64,000 nt of DNA from Saprolegnia diclina VS20 (lineage: Eukaryota): the NCBI RefSeq assembly GCF_000281045.1, contig NW_008246085.1, forward strand, positions 373,749-437,748, in the 5' to 3' direction. Below, piece by piece: positions 11,803-23,806 of this stretch (position 1 is its first letter; every line of letters starts with the position of its first letter). The notes beneath the pieces are model-generated. The model saw only the letters and a list, made by a program, of their open reading frames with translations. It made no database searches and had not been told where the DNA came from. A program made the translations under genes and the position numbers.

Positions 11803-13440
11803 ATGCAGCAGCGGACGCAGGTCATCTTCGCCATCGGGCTCCTTGCGCGCGTCGCGCTGCTCCTCTGGGGCGAGTACCAGGACCGGACCATGGTCGTCAA
11901 GTACACGGACGTCGACTACGACGTGTACACGGACGCGTCGCGCGAGGTCGTCGCCGGCAACTCGCCCTTTGACCGGACCACGTACCGCTACACGCCGCTC
12001 CTGTACGCCATGCATGGCTTGCGCACATATGCTCATAGCTATCTAGGGCGTTCATTCTTCTGCCCAACGTCTACGTGTACGAGGCGTGGGGCAAGCTCCT
12101 CTTTGTCGCCAGCGACATGGTCGTCGCCTACGTCATCTACGCCATCTTGCAGCTGCGCGCGATTCCCGAGTCAAGTACTGCAAATATGAGCTTCTAAGAA
12201 TCGCGACGAGCTCATGGCGTCCATATAGCTGCGATCAACTACACCATGGTGTGGCTCTTCCACCCGTTCTCGATCAACATCTCGACGCGTGGCAACGCCG
12301 ACACACTCGTCGTGCTTCTCTGCATGGTCTCGCTCTACTTGCTCATGAAGAAGCAGCTCGTGCTCTCTGCGCTCATGTATGCACACCCATGCGACGCGTG
12401 CTCATGCGACGTCACTGCATTAGCTACGGCCTCGCCGTTCACTTCAAGATCTATCCCATCGTGTATGCGCTCGCCTTCCTTGTCGTACGTCCTCGTTCGT
12501 CGACTTGGCATTGTATTGATATGCCTCTAGTTTCTCGACGAAGACTATGATCATGCGCTCGCCTCCCGCCCTGTGCCATCGTCGCTCATTGGGAAGGCGC
12601 TGCACTGGCTGAACCGCCATCGGCTGACCTTTGGTCTTGTCAGCGGCGGGCTCTTCCTTGCGCTCACCGGTCTCTTCTACGCCATGTACGCTGCATTCTC
12701 CGTGTCTCGAAGTCTCATCGCTCCTCTAGTTATGGCTACACGTTCCTCTTTGAGGGGTATTTGTACCACTTTTCGCGCACGGACAACCGCCACAACTTTT
12801 CCATGTATTTTTACGACCTCTACCTCCGGTACACTCCGCATATCTACGATCATATTGCCAATCTTAGTGCTGTGTCTCTAGCTACGGCACGAGCGGTGGC
12901 TTCATGATGGGGCTCATTGCGTTCCTCCCGCAGTTCCTCACGCTCTTCAACATCTCGCTTCGCTGCGGCAAGGACTTGATCTTTGCGCAGTTTCTCCTCA
13001 CGGTGTGCTTTGTCGTCTTCAACAAGGTGTGCACGGCCCAGGTACCATACCCTCAGCCCGTCCATCCCGGTCACGCAGCGTTTTTCGTAGTACTTTTTGT
13101 GGTACTCGGTCTACTTGCCGCTCGTTTTACCCCATTCGGAGCTCTCGGGCAAGCAGCTCCTCGCGATGATTGGTCTCTGGTTTGGTGGCGAGGTGCGCAC
13201 GTGTCCTCACTTGTTGCTCGTTACTCAAGGATTCACTGCTAGTTGCACTGGTTATACTGGGCGTTTGGGCTTGAAATCATGGGCCAAAACACGTTTTTCA
13301 ACGTCTGGATCGCGGGCCTCGTCTTCTTTGTCGTCAACATTGGCCTCATGATCGCCTTCAACACGCACCACCACCACGCGCCGCTCTTTGCCAAGGGCGA
13401 GGTCGTCGGCGTCTCTGCCAAGGCTGCCAAAACCGACTAA
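11803..13440 (+). CDS. PIGM: GPI mannosyltransferase 1 (PIG-M/Gpi14), multi-exon
   Basis: [14 protein letters not shown] (DxD motif), [66 protein letters not shown]. Many TM segments and a C-terminal di-lysine-like AKAAKTD. Confidence 0.93.
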
Positions 13441-13516
13441 GATCTCACATCATCTACCAAAACTGTATTGGCCACGTCTTGCTACTTTTGTCTCTATCTA
13501 TGTACAGCAAGTCGGA

Positions 13517-14265
13517 CTAGGTGGTTGCGTCAGTTGCCACGTGCGACGCGACCTCCTCGGCGTCACTCAGCGCCTTGTCCAGCCGGGCCTCGCGCAGCTC
13601 GGGCGCCTGCAGCCCCTCGATCGTGATCACGTGGCTGCGGTCGTAACCCATACGACCAAAGACAGCCTTGACCAAGCCGTATGCCGACTCGTGTTCCGGC
13701 ACGTTTGTACTGGCGCCACCTGCCGACGTGACGAGGACGACCGATTTGCCCGAGACGAAGGGCTGCTTGGTCGTGTTGCAGTACGTCATGTTGGGCTGCA
13801 CGACGCAGTCCATGTATTGCTTGAGCACATATGGGACGCTACGCAGATGTGTCAAAATACAAGGCACGTAGAGGATGCGAGCTACCTGTGGTTCCAAACC
13901 GGCGCCGAGATGACGATGCAGTCGGCGGCCAAGAGCTCGGCAGTCAGCGACCGGATCGGCGCGATCTGCGCTTCGTCGTCTGGAGAGCCTTCGCCGAGGA
14001 GGACGCGGTAGCTGCTGTTCATCGTGGCCTTGCAGAAGCGCGGCAGCTCCGGGTGCCAAAGGTCCCGCTCGACGAGCGTGAACGAGTCGGGCGTGTACTT
14101 GATGTTGTTGGCCATTTCGCGCCGCGCATTCTGCTGCGCGAGGCAGGCGAGGAAGCCCGAGGCGACGACTGACGTGACCGACTCGTCCGAGAGGCTGCCA
14201 TTGAGGTGCAGTACCGAGATCCCCCGGGTGCCCACCCGGCTCCGTCCGCGCGCCAGGAGCAGCAT
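13517..14265 (-). CDS. azoR: FMN-dependent NADH-azoreductase / quinone reductase (AzoR/AcpD flavodoxin-like fold)
   Basis: VLHLNGSLSDESVTS, VERDLW..ELP, ELLAADCIVISAPVWNH|SVPYVLKQYMDCVVQPNMTY, GKSVVLVTSAGG, ITIEG. One 47-nt intron at 13839-13885. Arg-rich, acid-free N-terminus MLLLARGRSRVGTRG. Confidence 0.85.
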
Positions 14266-14515
14266 GCCCGAATGGCGTCTAAACCATTGGCCAATTTGGG
14301 TAGCCAATGGCATCTAGGTACACGTGCGTCCTGTCACGTGATTGGCTATTGGCGTGGATTACGACCCGTCGCCGAAGCGCGGCGATCGACTTCACGATAC
14401 ATCATCTTGTCGACTTGCCTCCTGGTGCAGCGGTGCTAGAGAAGATAGCACCACCGGACTAAGAAGACGAAATTCTTATAGCAATAATTGTCCACTTTTT
14501 GTAGGATTTCCGTTC

Positions 14516-14962
14516 CTAGTCATTGGGCAACCAATGTGTCTGACACGACTTGTCCTTGTCGTTGTTGTTGGAGAAGGTGTCAACGAGTTGACGGATGCCG
14601 CAGATGGGATAGAAACGGGCCATCAGAGATGGCACTTCGCCAGGAAGTTGTGTAGCGAGAAGCGTGTCATTGGAGACGCCGGCGGCGTGAATCTGGGTCT
14701 CGAGACTCTTGACCCATGTATGGAGCAGCGAAATCGTCGTCTTGTTCTTGGCAGTGGTGGGGTTGGCGTCGACCAAATGCATTGTGCTGTGCTGCACCTG
14801 GGCCTTCTTACGCTCAAGGCCGCGCTCTATCTTCTCCCGCAACGCAGTGATCGTATCGTCGCGCCGAAGGACGCGGTGTGCGAGCTGGATCGCGCGCTCG
14901 CTGGCAGCGTCTAGCGCATCGTTGGAGGTTGTTGCTGCTGCTTCAGACAGCAGGCTCGTCAT
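14516..14962 (-). CDS. Hypothetical coiled-coil protein (boundaries uncertain)
   Basis: Open frame with a helical segment (LDAASERAIQLAHRVLRRDDTITALREKIERGLERKKAQVQ) in the gap between azoR and VPS18. No recognisable family. Confidence 0.3.
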   Translation of the reverse strand: MTSLLSEAAATTSNDALDAASERAIQLAHRVLRRDDTITALREKIERGLERKKAQVQHSTMHLVDANPTTAKNKTTISLLHTWVKSLETQIHAAGVSNDTLLATQLPGEVPSLMARFYPICGIRQLVDTFSNNNDKDKSCQTHWLPND

Positions 14963-15276
14963 TTGCTCCGAGAGCTGTACGATCGTGTAGTCGGAGGGTA
15001 GCAGCTGCGTATCGGACGTGCATGTTTGGTCGGAGCGGAGTCTTGTTATGTGTTGATGCGTCTCTAGGTATGCGAGCGATATCTTGATCAAGTTCCGGAG
15101 TTGAAGTCCTGCTGGCTGCTCCACCGCGAATAAAACGCGCGATCCTGGGTTTAGCCATCTCTTTAACGTGCACACAATGTATTTGTATCGAGTGCAATAT
15201 CTCTTGACTTTGTATGGCATACGAAAAGCAAGTGCAGCGCTATACTGCCGTCACAAGCTCATCTTTCTCCCTCGCC

Positions 15277-18200
15277 ATGTCGTCCGACCTGTTTGCCGAC
15301 TGGCACGAAGAGCAGTCGGGCCGAGACAACTCGACGCGCGTAGCCGCGACCCGCGCGGACTACACGTCTCCCTACATGAACGTCGCTGCGGCCGCGGCCA
15401 GCTCGGACGACGACGAGCCTATCCGCCTCCAGGCGCCAGCCCGCGCCGGCCTCGGCGGGAAGCAGTCGACCATGTTCGAGCTCCGCGAGCACGGTCTCAA
15501 GGTCAGCCGCCGCAAGGGCTTCACGCCACGCTGCTTTAGCATTGGCAACAACGTCATGGCAATCGGGTCCGCGGAAGGCTCCATCTTGCGCTGCACGGCC
15601 GACGCGACGGACGCGACGCCGAACGCGGTCGAAGAGATCACGATCGAACCAAAGGTTGCCGTCATTTCGATCTACATTGACCCAAGTGGCGGCCATGTGC
15701 TCATTTCGCTCGAGAATGGCACCAACTGGTACCTGCACTCGTCCACGAACCGGCCACGGAAGCTCACGAAGGCCCAAGGCCGCTTCACGTGCGTCGCGTG
15801 GGACCGCCAGCTCGGGTCGCCCGCGACGACCGAGTCGATTCTCATCGGTACGGACGTCGGCTACATTTACGAAGCCGAGTTTGACGGCAAGGAGAAAAAG
15901 TTCAACCGCGTATACGCCATCACGCAGCAGGGCGCGATCGCGGGTCTCGAGTTCGAGCACGTCAACCAGACACAGCTCTACGTCATCATGACGACGTCGG
16001 GGTCGGGTCGGCGGCCCACGCGCATGTACCAGTTCCTTGGCGGCCCGACCTTTGAGAGTCTCTTTGGCGCCTACATGTCGACCGACGCGCTTCGCTTCAA
16101 CGAGATCATGGGCGACATCAACACGGCGCAGCTCTCGGTCTTTGCCAAGCACGAGCGCGAGCGCGCCAAGTGCTTTGCCATCCTCACCGGCGAAGGCGTG
16201 TACCACGGCGACCTTCACTTTAGCGCCCGCAGCTCGATCGACAATATCTGGACCAACGTCGACATGCTCACGTTCCCGCCGTCGTCGTCCGACAAGCCGA
16301 TGAGTCCGCCACTTGCGATCGCAACCACCGAGTACCACGTCGTGCTGCTCTACTCCAAGTACGTCCAAGTGCTCTGCAAGCTCAACGGCCTCGTCGTCCT
16401 CGAAGAAGTTTTCGACGCGCGCGTCGGCAGCATCAACGGCATCGCATACGACCCGACGCTCAACACGCTCTGGATCCACTCGGAGCGCCGAATCCTCCAA
16501 GTACTCGTGACCAACGAAGATCGCCACATTTGGAGCTTGTACCTGGCGAAAGCAACCCACGACGTGTTTACCAAGTCGACGGACGACCTCGAACGGGACT
16601 TTGCCCGCGCGCTTGCCGCGTGCAATGACGTGATCCAGCGTCAGAAGGTCTGGACGGCGCAGGCGGACGCATGCTTTGACCGCGAAGAGTTCGATCGCGC
16701 GGCGGCCTTGTACGCAAAGTCGTCGCGGTCGTTTGAAGAGGTCGCGCTGCGCTTCATGGAGGTCCAGGCCACGGATGCGCTCCACGCGTTCTTGCTAACG
16801 AAGCTCGGGCAGACGAGCAGCGACGACAAGACGCAGGCGACCGTGCTCTGCTCGTGGCTCGTCGAGCTCTACCTCGACAAATTCAACGGCCTCTCGGTCG
16901 CCGAGAAGGACATTGACATGCACGCCAACCTCCTCTTTGAGTTCAAGCAGTTTCTCCAAGACCACAAGCAGCATCTGGACCCGTCGACGACGTTCAACTT
17001 GATCGCGTCCCACGGCCGCGCGGACGAGCTCGTCTTCTACGCAAGCTTGATCGAAGATTATGAGAAGGTCGTGACGTACCACATTCACCGCGGCGAGTAT
17101 GGCGCGGCCATCGAGCTCCTCAAAGGCGCGCCGACGCAGAAAGTCGAAGAGCTCTACTACAAGTACTCGCCCGAGCTCATCGTGCACAAGCCGAAGGAGC
17201 TCTTCGAGGTCTGGAAGGCCGCCGAGACGCTCGACCCGTCGCGCCTCATCCCGAGCATCGTGCGCCACGTGCATCAAAAGGACGAACACGTCAACCGCCG
17301 GTCGGTGCTCGAGCTCGCGATCGACTTCCTCAAGTTTGTCATCAAGCAAGGCAACCGCGACGAGACGATCCACAACTACATAGTGTTCCTCCTCGCGAAG
17401 CACCCGGACGAGCGGCTCCTGATCAACTTTCTGAGCAAGTCGAGTGGGTCCCAGCTCTTTGACCCGGCGTTCGCACTCCGTCTCTGCGCGCAGCACGAGA
17501 AGAACCGCGCGTGCATTTACATTTACTCGGCCATGGGGCTTTACCAAGAAGCGGTCGAGAAGGCGCTCCAGGTCGACGTCCAAATTGCGAAGGAGATGGC
17601 CAACATGCCGGACGACGCGGACTTGAAGAAGACGCTGTGGACGCTCATTGCCAAGCACACGATTGACGCCGGTGGCGACATCAAGGAGGCCATGGGCATC
17701 CTCAACGAGAGCGAGATGCTGCAGATCGAGGACATTTTGCCGTTCTTTCCCGACTTTGTCGTCATCAACGACTTCAAGAAGGAGATTTGCGAGTCGCTCC
17801 AGGTCTACAACGACCGCATCGAGCAGCTCAAGGCCGAGATGCGCGAGTACACCGAGTCGGCCGAGCTCATTCGCGCCGATATGCAGCAATTGCGGAAGCG
17901 GTCGGCCAACATTTACGGCAACCAGCGCTGCGACCTCACGGGCGACAACATTCTCAGCAAGGAGTTCTACCTCTTCCCGTGCGGCCACGCCTTTCACGCG
18001 GCGGCGTTGCGCCAAGAAATGACCAAGCATCTCAACAGCTTCCAGCGCCAGACAGTCAAGCAGCTCATGCAAAAGCTCCAGGAGCTCTCGCTCGAGCCGC
18101 CGCAGTCGACCTTCCAGCGCGTCGCCAACGTCTTCTCAAGCGACAAGAACAGCGCGGACGCGATCACGGCCCTCAAGACCAACACGAACGAGCGCGAGTT

Positions 18201-18333
18201 GGTCCAGCAAAAGCTCGACGAGATTGTCGCGTCCGAGTGCATCTTTTGCGGCGAAGTCATGATCAAGTCGATCCACCTGCCCTTCATCACGGACGAAGAC
18301 GAAGCGCGCGAAGGCGCCGAGTGGCGCATTTAA
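15277..18333 (+). CDS. VPS18: Vacuolar protein sorting 18 (Pep3/Vps18; HOPS/CORVET subunit)
   Basis: Single exon. IDPSGGHVLIS, ILIGT, TEYHVVLL, EDRHIWSLYL, SFEEVALRF, clathrin-like repeats, IEDILPFFPDFVVINDFKKEIC, and a C-terminal RING-like FYLFPCGHAFH...ASECIFCGEVMIKSI. Confidence 0.96.
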   Translation: MSSDLFADWHEEQSGRDNSTRVAATRADYTSPYMNVAAAAASSDDDEPIRLQAPARAGLGGKQSTMFELREHGLKVSRRKGFTPRCFSIGNNVMAIGSAEGSILRCTADATDATPNAVEEITIEPKVAVISIYIDPSGGHVLISLENGTNWYLHSSTNRPRKLTKAQGRFTCVAWDRQLGSPATTESILIGTDVGYIYEAEFDGKEKKFNRVYAITQQGAIAGLEFEHVNQTQLYVIMTTSGSGRRPTRMYQFLGGPTFESLFGAYMSTDALRFNEIMGDINTAQLSVFAKHERERAKCFAILTGEGVYHGDLHFSARSSIDNIWTNVDMLTFPPSSSDKPMSPPLAIATTEYHVVLLYSKYVQVLCKLNGLVVLEEVFDARVGSINGIAYDPTLNTLWIHSERRILQVLVTNEDRHIWSLYLAKATHDVFTKSTDDLERDFARALAACNDVIQRQKVWTAQADACFDREEFDRAAALYAKSSRSFEEVALRFMEVQATDALHAFLLTKLGQTSSDDKTQATVLCSWLVELYLDKFNGLSVAEKDIDMHANLLFEFKQFLQDHKQHLDPSTTFNLIASHGRADELVFYASLIEDYEKVVTYHIHRGEYGAAIELLKGAPTQKVEELYYKYSPELIVHKPKELFEVWKAAETLDPSRLIPSIVRHVHQKDEHVNRRSVLELAIDFLKFVIKQGNRDETIHNYIVFLLAKHPDERLLINFLSKSSGSQLFDPAFALRLCAQHEKNRACIYIYSAMGLYQEAVEKALQVDVQIAKEMANMPDDADLKKTLWTLIAKHTIDAGGDIKEAMGILNESEMLQIEDILPFFPDFVVINDFKKEICESLQVYNDRIEQLKAEMREYTESAELIRADMQQLRKRSANIYGNQRCDLTGDNILSKEFYLFPCGHAFHAAALRQEMTKHLNSFQRQTVKQLMQKLQELSLEPPQSTFQRVANVFSSDKNSADAITALKTNTNERELVQQKLDEIVASECIFCGEVMIKSIHLPFITDEDEAREGAEWRI

Positions 18334-18471
18334 GCATGCATGGTCTCTATCTAAAAACACGCCGTTTTACGTTGTAAATCTTGGATATCAAGTGCTGAAC
18401 AGCATCCAAGATGGCGTGGATACAGACAGCGCGGATGGGATTAAAATATTGCCGATGTACTTGCAACAAGT

Positions 18472-19002
18472 ATGCAGAATAAAATATTGAAAGAAGCGGC
18501 GTCGCACACACACAAGATCGCGGCCATGCTCGCCCTCGACTTCAAGGACCTCCCAAAGCACCGACCATGCCAGTACGAGAAGCTCAAGAAGACACCGAGC
18601 ACATGGAAGAGCCGCGTCGCAGCCCTCGAGCGCGCCAAGCGCCGAGAGCCGCCGGTGAGCGCCAAGCTCCGGGTACCACGGCCCCCGAGCATGACCCCGG
18701 ACGGCAAGAAGTGCCATGGCGCGAGAGGAGCGACGTTCACCGAGGCCGATCGAGCGCACGTAGCCATTGACGCGTCGCTGGAGGAGTTGCTTCAGCCGCT
18801 CGACGACGATGGGTTGAAGAAGATCCCGATGCCCATTATGCCCGACATGCACACGCTCCTCGCACAGCGTCAGCGCCGGCGAAACCCGCTCGAGTACATC
18901 AAGCACGACCACGTCGAAGTCATGTGGCTGCATCAAATGGGTGGGTCGCACGAAGGGCTCGACGAGTACCGGGCATGGCGCGTCGCCCACGGCCAGTACT
19001 AG
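18472..19002 (+). CDS. Hypothetical protein, possibly 5' exons of the downstream PPP1R36-like gene
   Basis: 176-aa ORF with codon usage like neighbouring genes and candidate GT donors near 18996-19002. The splice junction to the next exons could not be resolved. Confidence 0.4.
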   Translation: MQNKILKEAASHTHKIAAMLALDFKDLPKHRPCQYEKLKKTPSTWKSRVAALERAKRREPPVSAKLRVPRPPSMTPDGKKCHGARGATFTEADRAHVAIDASLEELLQPLDDDGLKKIPMPIMPDMHTLLAQRQRRRNPLEYIKHDHVEVMWLHQMGGSHEGLDEYRAWRVAHGQY

Positions 19003-19227
19003 TATGCATGAACCTATCTTAATTGCCAAAAGCCTTCGAGCACCCTGTGCAGCATCCTCCTGCGTTCCTTCGACGCATGGGCTTTCTCATGGAAAGGCTC
19101 ATAACGTCTTGTCGTCCATCGGGCCAAAAATAGGTCGCTTGGTCGTCGATGCCAACGTCGAGGCTCGGTGCGCAAGCTACGTCCATGCATCTTGATGCGA
19201 CCGTGTTCATTAGGCGATGGGGCCTCG

Positions 19228-20647
19228 TCCACCGCACCTTTGTACGCGATGATACTGCTTGCATCTGACTGCCAGCGTAGGAAAGGGTTGACAAGCCGGT
19301 CCGGAAGCATCAAGGAGACTGCCCGACGGCTCGATGGCAAAGCGCTGCCACTCTTTGGTCGCCAAGGCTCCGTGGTCACCGCCAAAGGCGATGGCCGCGG
19401 TATCAAGAGCATGTACGACATCGCAGCATCTACGCTGTCGATCACAACGCCGAGTACGTAGGCCATCGCGCGGGGTCAAGACAAGCCACTATCTCCACAT
19501 GGCACAGAAAGGTCCGCCCGACGTCAAGCAGCTCATGGGTAGTCTCATCGTCTCGTCATGACGCTCGCACTCACATGCGCAGAGGACGTCTACCTCGAGA
19601 TGGAGCGCCAGCGGACCCAAGGGCTTTTGAAAATCCCGCTCAAATTTACCGATTTTTACAACGCCGGTGCGTCCAAAGCATCAAATTTCCGTCGAGGGCC
19701 GACAAAGTGCGCAGACATTATGGTGCTCTTCGTGCACGCGGCCATGGACCACGTCGACTCGATCGTCGGGCTCAAGCTCCTCGAGAAGAACAGCGCGGCG
19801 ATGCCCGAGGGCCGCCTGCGCGCCAATCAGCTGCACGCGGAGACGCTGAGCCACCTCGCGACGAGCTACTCACGCATCGTGTTGCACTGCAGCAACTTTG
19901 AGCGCCAAAAGGAAGACGAGATCTTCTTCGAGTGCGTCTACTACTTTGCGTGCGCGATCGTCAAGATCCTCCACGCGAGCGAGCACTGGCAAACCATCGA
20001 GGAGGAGCTCGGTCCCTACGCCTCGTCGTCTCTCGACGTGTCTCATATTTCTTGACTAGGCTACGCCTTCCGGGGCGAGTCGTTCAACGTCAACGGCCGC
20101 GGGTACGTGTCTGCTTTGATTGCGTGGTGCAGATCACGATGGTAGACATTTGCGCGTCGAGCCGGTCGAGGCCAAATTGCCGCCGCCGCGCTTTGGCGCC
20201 ACGGCCGAAGCGGCCGAGAACCTCCGGTTCGTCACCGCGAGTACGAACGAGCGCTACGGCGCCTTTATCCAAATGGTCGGCGTCAACTCGATCGTGTCGC
20301 GCGTCGACAGCACAAAGGCGCGCGTCGACGCCAACTTGCGCATCGCACAGACGATCCGCGACCGCATCCACGCCGCGCACCGCGCCGAGTTTGTCGCGCG
20401 GACGACCCAAGGTACGACGACCACGGTTCGTTTCTTAGCGGTGCTGGGTCTAGAGCTCGAATTCCAGAAACGCAACGCGACGCGCATGGAGGTCCATGGC
20501 CACGCGCCGTCCAAGCCGATGCACGGGCCCAGCTCCCACGGACCGTACAGCCCCCGGCTCAACATGCGCGCGACGCTGGATGCGCGGTCGCCGGTCGTTG
20601 CGCGTATCTTGCCGCCGCCGAGCGAAGCCGGGAGCCCGCGCAAGTAA
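19228..20647 (+). CDS. PPP1R36 / PPPI_inhib-like protein (multi-exon, 5' boundary uncertain)
   Basis: Segment LATSYSRIVL...EDEIFFECVYYFACAIVK...HWQTIEEELG|YAFRGESFN resembles the core I recall for the PPP1R36 family (FFE..Y...IEEE.GRLFR...FN). A later RSPVV motif is also present. Confidence 0.5.
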
Positions 20648-20873
20648 ACCGGCGCGCGGCAGCCTGTTCCATACACTACTGTTGGCTGACGGGCTCATGT
20701 AGACTGGTTGAAGTCCAGGCGCCGACGAGTGGCAGTCCAGGCCCACCGCGGGCCACGTCGAGTACCATCCTGGACCGACGACAGGTTGACGTTATGTACC
20801 GGTCGTTACCCTCGCAACCTCAGTAATCAAGCTTAAAAAGGCAAATATATTATCAACTAAGTATTACTAGGCC

Positions 20874-23806
20874 CTAAACCCACTTGCGGGGCGAGGACGT
20901 GGCCGCGGCCTTGGTCGTCGTCGGCGTCTTGGCGGTCGCCGCCGTCCGGGACGTCGCCGTCATCTTGGCGCGCACCGACACGGTTTCGCCCGGGCCAATC
21001 GAGTGCCGGCTCGGGCGCGTAACAGTGCTGAGCGCCTTGGCGCGGACCACGGGCACCGCAGCGGCCACCGACGCAGCGGTCGGCGCCGTCACCGACGACG
21101 TCGTCGGCTTGACCGGCAGACTCAGGCGCCGGCTCAAGGTCGACCGAGTCGTTGTGGGCTTGGGCACGACTGGTGTCGTCGTTGCCGTCGAGCGCGCCGA
21201 CTTGCTGCTGACGCTCGAGAGGCGCGACGACGTCGATCCGATCGACGCCCGCGGCGCGCGCTTCTTGACCTCCGGTTCGGGCTCGCTGTCCGTGTTGAGG
21301 CGCTTCCAGTCGTCGTCGTTCGGCTCGTCGTCGCCCGATTGGTTGGACGCCTTGCTGCTGAGGTTGGACGCAGCCGTCATCGTCGTCTGGAAGCTGTTGG
21401 AGCGCGTCTCGAGCTCGTCGCGGAGCTGCTCGATCTCGGCGCGGAGGCGCGTGAGCTCCTTCTCGCTCTCGCCCTTTTGCTTGGCAAGTTCATCCTTCAT
21501 CGTGAGGAGCTCGCCCGACTCGACACTCGTTTGCTTGGCCGCGCCGAGCTCGACCTGGCTCACGCGCGCACCAAACTGCAGCGAGCAGAGGCTTTCGCCC
21601 ACGTCGGCCACGTCGGGGCTCACTTGGAGCATCATGAGCGCCTTCGCGCCGCCCGAGAGCATGTCGCGCAGCGTAAACGTGAGCTTCGAGTTGCGGTATG
21701 GCACGTGCTTGGCCTTGTGCTGGAGCGCGTGGACCACGTCACCGAGCGTCGAGAGCGACTTGTTGATGTGCTGCGCCTCCTTGAGCCGGTCGCCCGTCAC
21801 CTGCGTGCGCGAAATGCGCTCCGACCCCGCGAGATCCACAAGGCAGAGCGTGCTGCTCTTCTTCTCGAGCGTCTGGCGGCTGGCGCTGTTGACGTACACG
21901 AAAATGATCGCGTGCGACCGCGAACTCTCAATGTTCATCTTGGTCGAAGCCACCGAGCGGTTCTTGTGGCCTTCGTCGAGCACGTGCTGCACCTCTTCCC
22001 ACGACGAGACCGGGCGCGTCTCGAGCGAGTCCTTGGCCGTCACAATGTCCTTGGAGAGCAAATCGCGCGGCTGGTCGTTGTAAATCTCCTGCATACTGAT
22101 CGAGATCCGGTCGTCGTACAAGAGCTGACGCGCCGTGCTCATCTCAAAGAGCTGTTGGAGCGCGCGCGGAATGATCCCCGGCGCACGCGGCTCGCCGACC
22201 ATCGAGTACGTCTTGCCGGCGCCGGTTTGGCCGTACGCGAGCACGCACGCGTTGTAGCCGTCCATGACCGAGCCCACGAGCGGGTCAATGTGCTCGTACA
22301 CCTGTTCTTGCGTGCTCTCGGGGCCGTAAATCTGGTCAAAGACAAACTCCTTGCGCTGCGACGCGACAAGGAGCGTCTGCGGCTTCGGGTACATGTACGC
22401 GCTCTCTTCGTTCGTCGCGACCTTGAGCGGGCGGATGCGGCAAAAGACGCGGATCTTGCCCGACACTTCGTGGTACTTTTCCGTCATTCGCTTGCGCTCG
22501 AGCGTCTCGCGCTGGAGGTGGTCGTACAGCACCGTCTCGCGGTTCTGCGACTCGGTCATGACGCTCTCCATCGCGTTCGTCATGTACTGCTCCATGTCCT
22601 GCACCTCAGTCGTGAGCTCGCTGCGCATGTCGGCCAGCTCGGCCACGAGGCCCTGCGTGTGCTCGTACAGGCTGTTCGCCTTGGCCTCGACGGTCGCCAG
22701 CTGCGCCGTCAGCGCCTCAATGTCATCTTCCTTGGCCTTCTTGTCCGTCTCGACCGCCATCAGGTGCGCGCCCTGCGACGCAAAGTCGTCGCGGACCGCC
22801 CCGAGATCGGCGGTCGTGGCGGCGAGCGAGGACTGGGTGGCCTCGAGCGTTGCCGTCGTCGTAGCGAGGTCGGTTGTGAGACCCGCAATCGTCGCGTTGT
22901 GCGCAGCAATCGACGAGTCCTTGTCGCTGACGACCACCATGAGCGCCTTGAGCTTGGCGTGGAGGTCATCAATGTCGGCCGTGTACTTGGTGTGGAGGCT
23001 TTCGGTTTCCTCCGTGTGCTTGGCCGTGAGGCCCGCGACCGCGTCGTTGTGCGACGCAATGAGGGACGTGAGCTTGGCGTCATGCTCGGCGAGGAGCGAG
23101 TCCGTGGCCTGCGCGTGGTCTTTCTTCAAGCTCGACGTCGTGTCGAGCAGGTGCGCGTGGAGATCTTCCGTCGCCTTCTTCGAGTCGTCGAGGCGCGCAT
23201 GGAGCTGCTTGGCCGCGACGCTCGACTCGTGCTCGGCGCGATCTTTCCGCAGCACGGTCTCCTTCAGCATGAGGTTGTCATAGGCAAATCTACGAAACCA
23301 CCATTTTCAGACGTTAGAGACAAGGCAGAATACGGACGGTCGACGATACCGTTCAACGTTCATCTTTTCGGCGGCGAGCTGCGCTTCGAGCTCGTGGATG
23401 CGGGCTTCCGCGTCCTTGGCCTAATCTTTATGAGTCATGGCGTCTTGTGCACGGGTATGCCTACCGCAGTGTCGTTGTACATGGATGCGTTGCTGGACGT
23501 GCGCGACAGTTGTGGCTTGGCCTTGGCAAGCGGCGCCTTGGCCGGCGACTTGGCCGACGTCTCCATTTCTTGCAGCAGCAGCGGCAGTGTGTTGACGAGG
23601 CGGCGCATGTCAATGTCTTCGTACTTGGGCAAGAAGAGCTTGAGCGCGTCGAGCTCTTTCTTGGAGACGAGGAGGCGCGCGCCGCCCTTGCAGGTGACGA
23701 CGAGCACGTCCTGGCTTGCGCCCGCGTTCACGAGCTCCGTAGGCGCCATGCTGCCTTGCGGCTGGTACTTCTCGTAGAGCACGGGGTGCATGGGAGAGGG
23801 CTGCAT
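20874..23806 (-). CDS. Kinesin-14 family motor (long coiled coil, C-terminal-type motor, Ser/Thr-rich tail)
   Basis: Neck ERKRMTEKYHEVSGKIRVFCRIRP; P-loop AYGQTGAGKT; MNIESSRSH; LVDLAGSER; HVPYRNSKLT. 5' exons lie at 23435-23806 and 23340-23420. Confidence 0.92.

Noticed and set aside
21003..23777. 924-aa plus-strand ORF, and similar long antisense ORFs over CCT3, RPF2, VPS18, G6PD and the second kinesin
   Set aside because: Shadow ORFs caused by strong GC3 bias on the true coding strand; no recognisable motifs.
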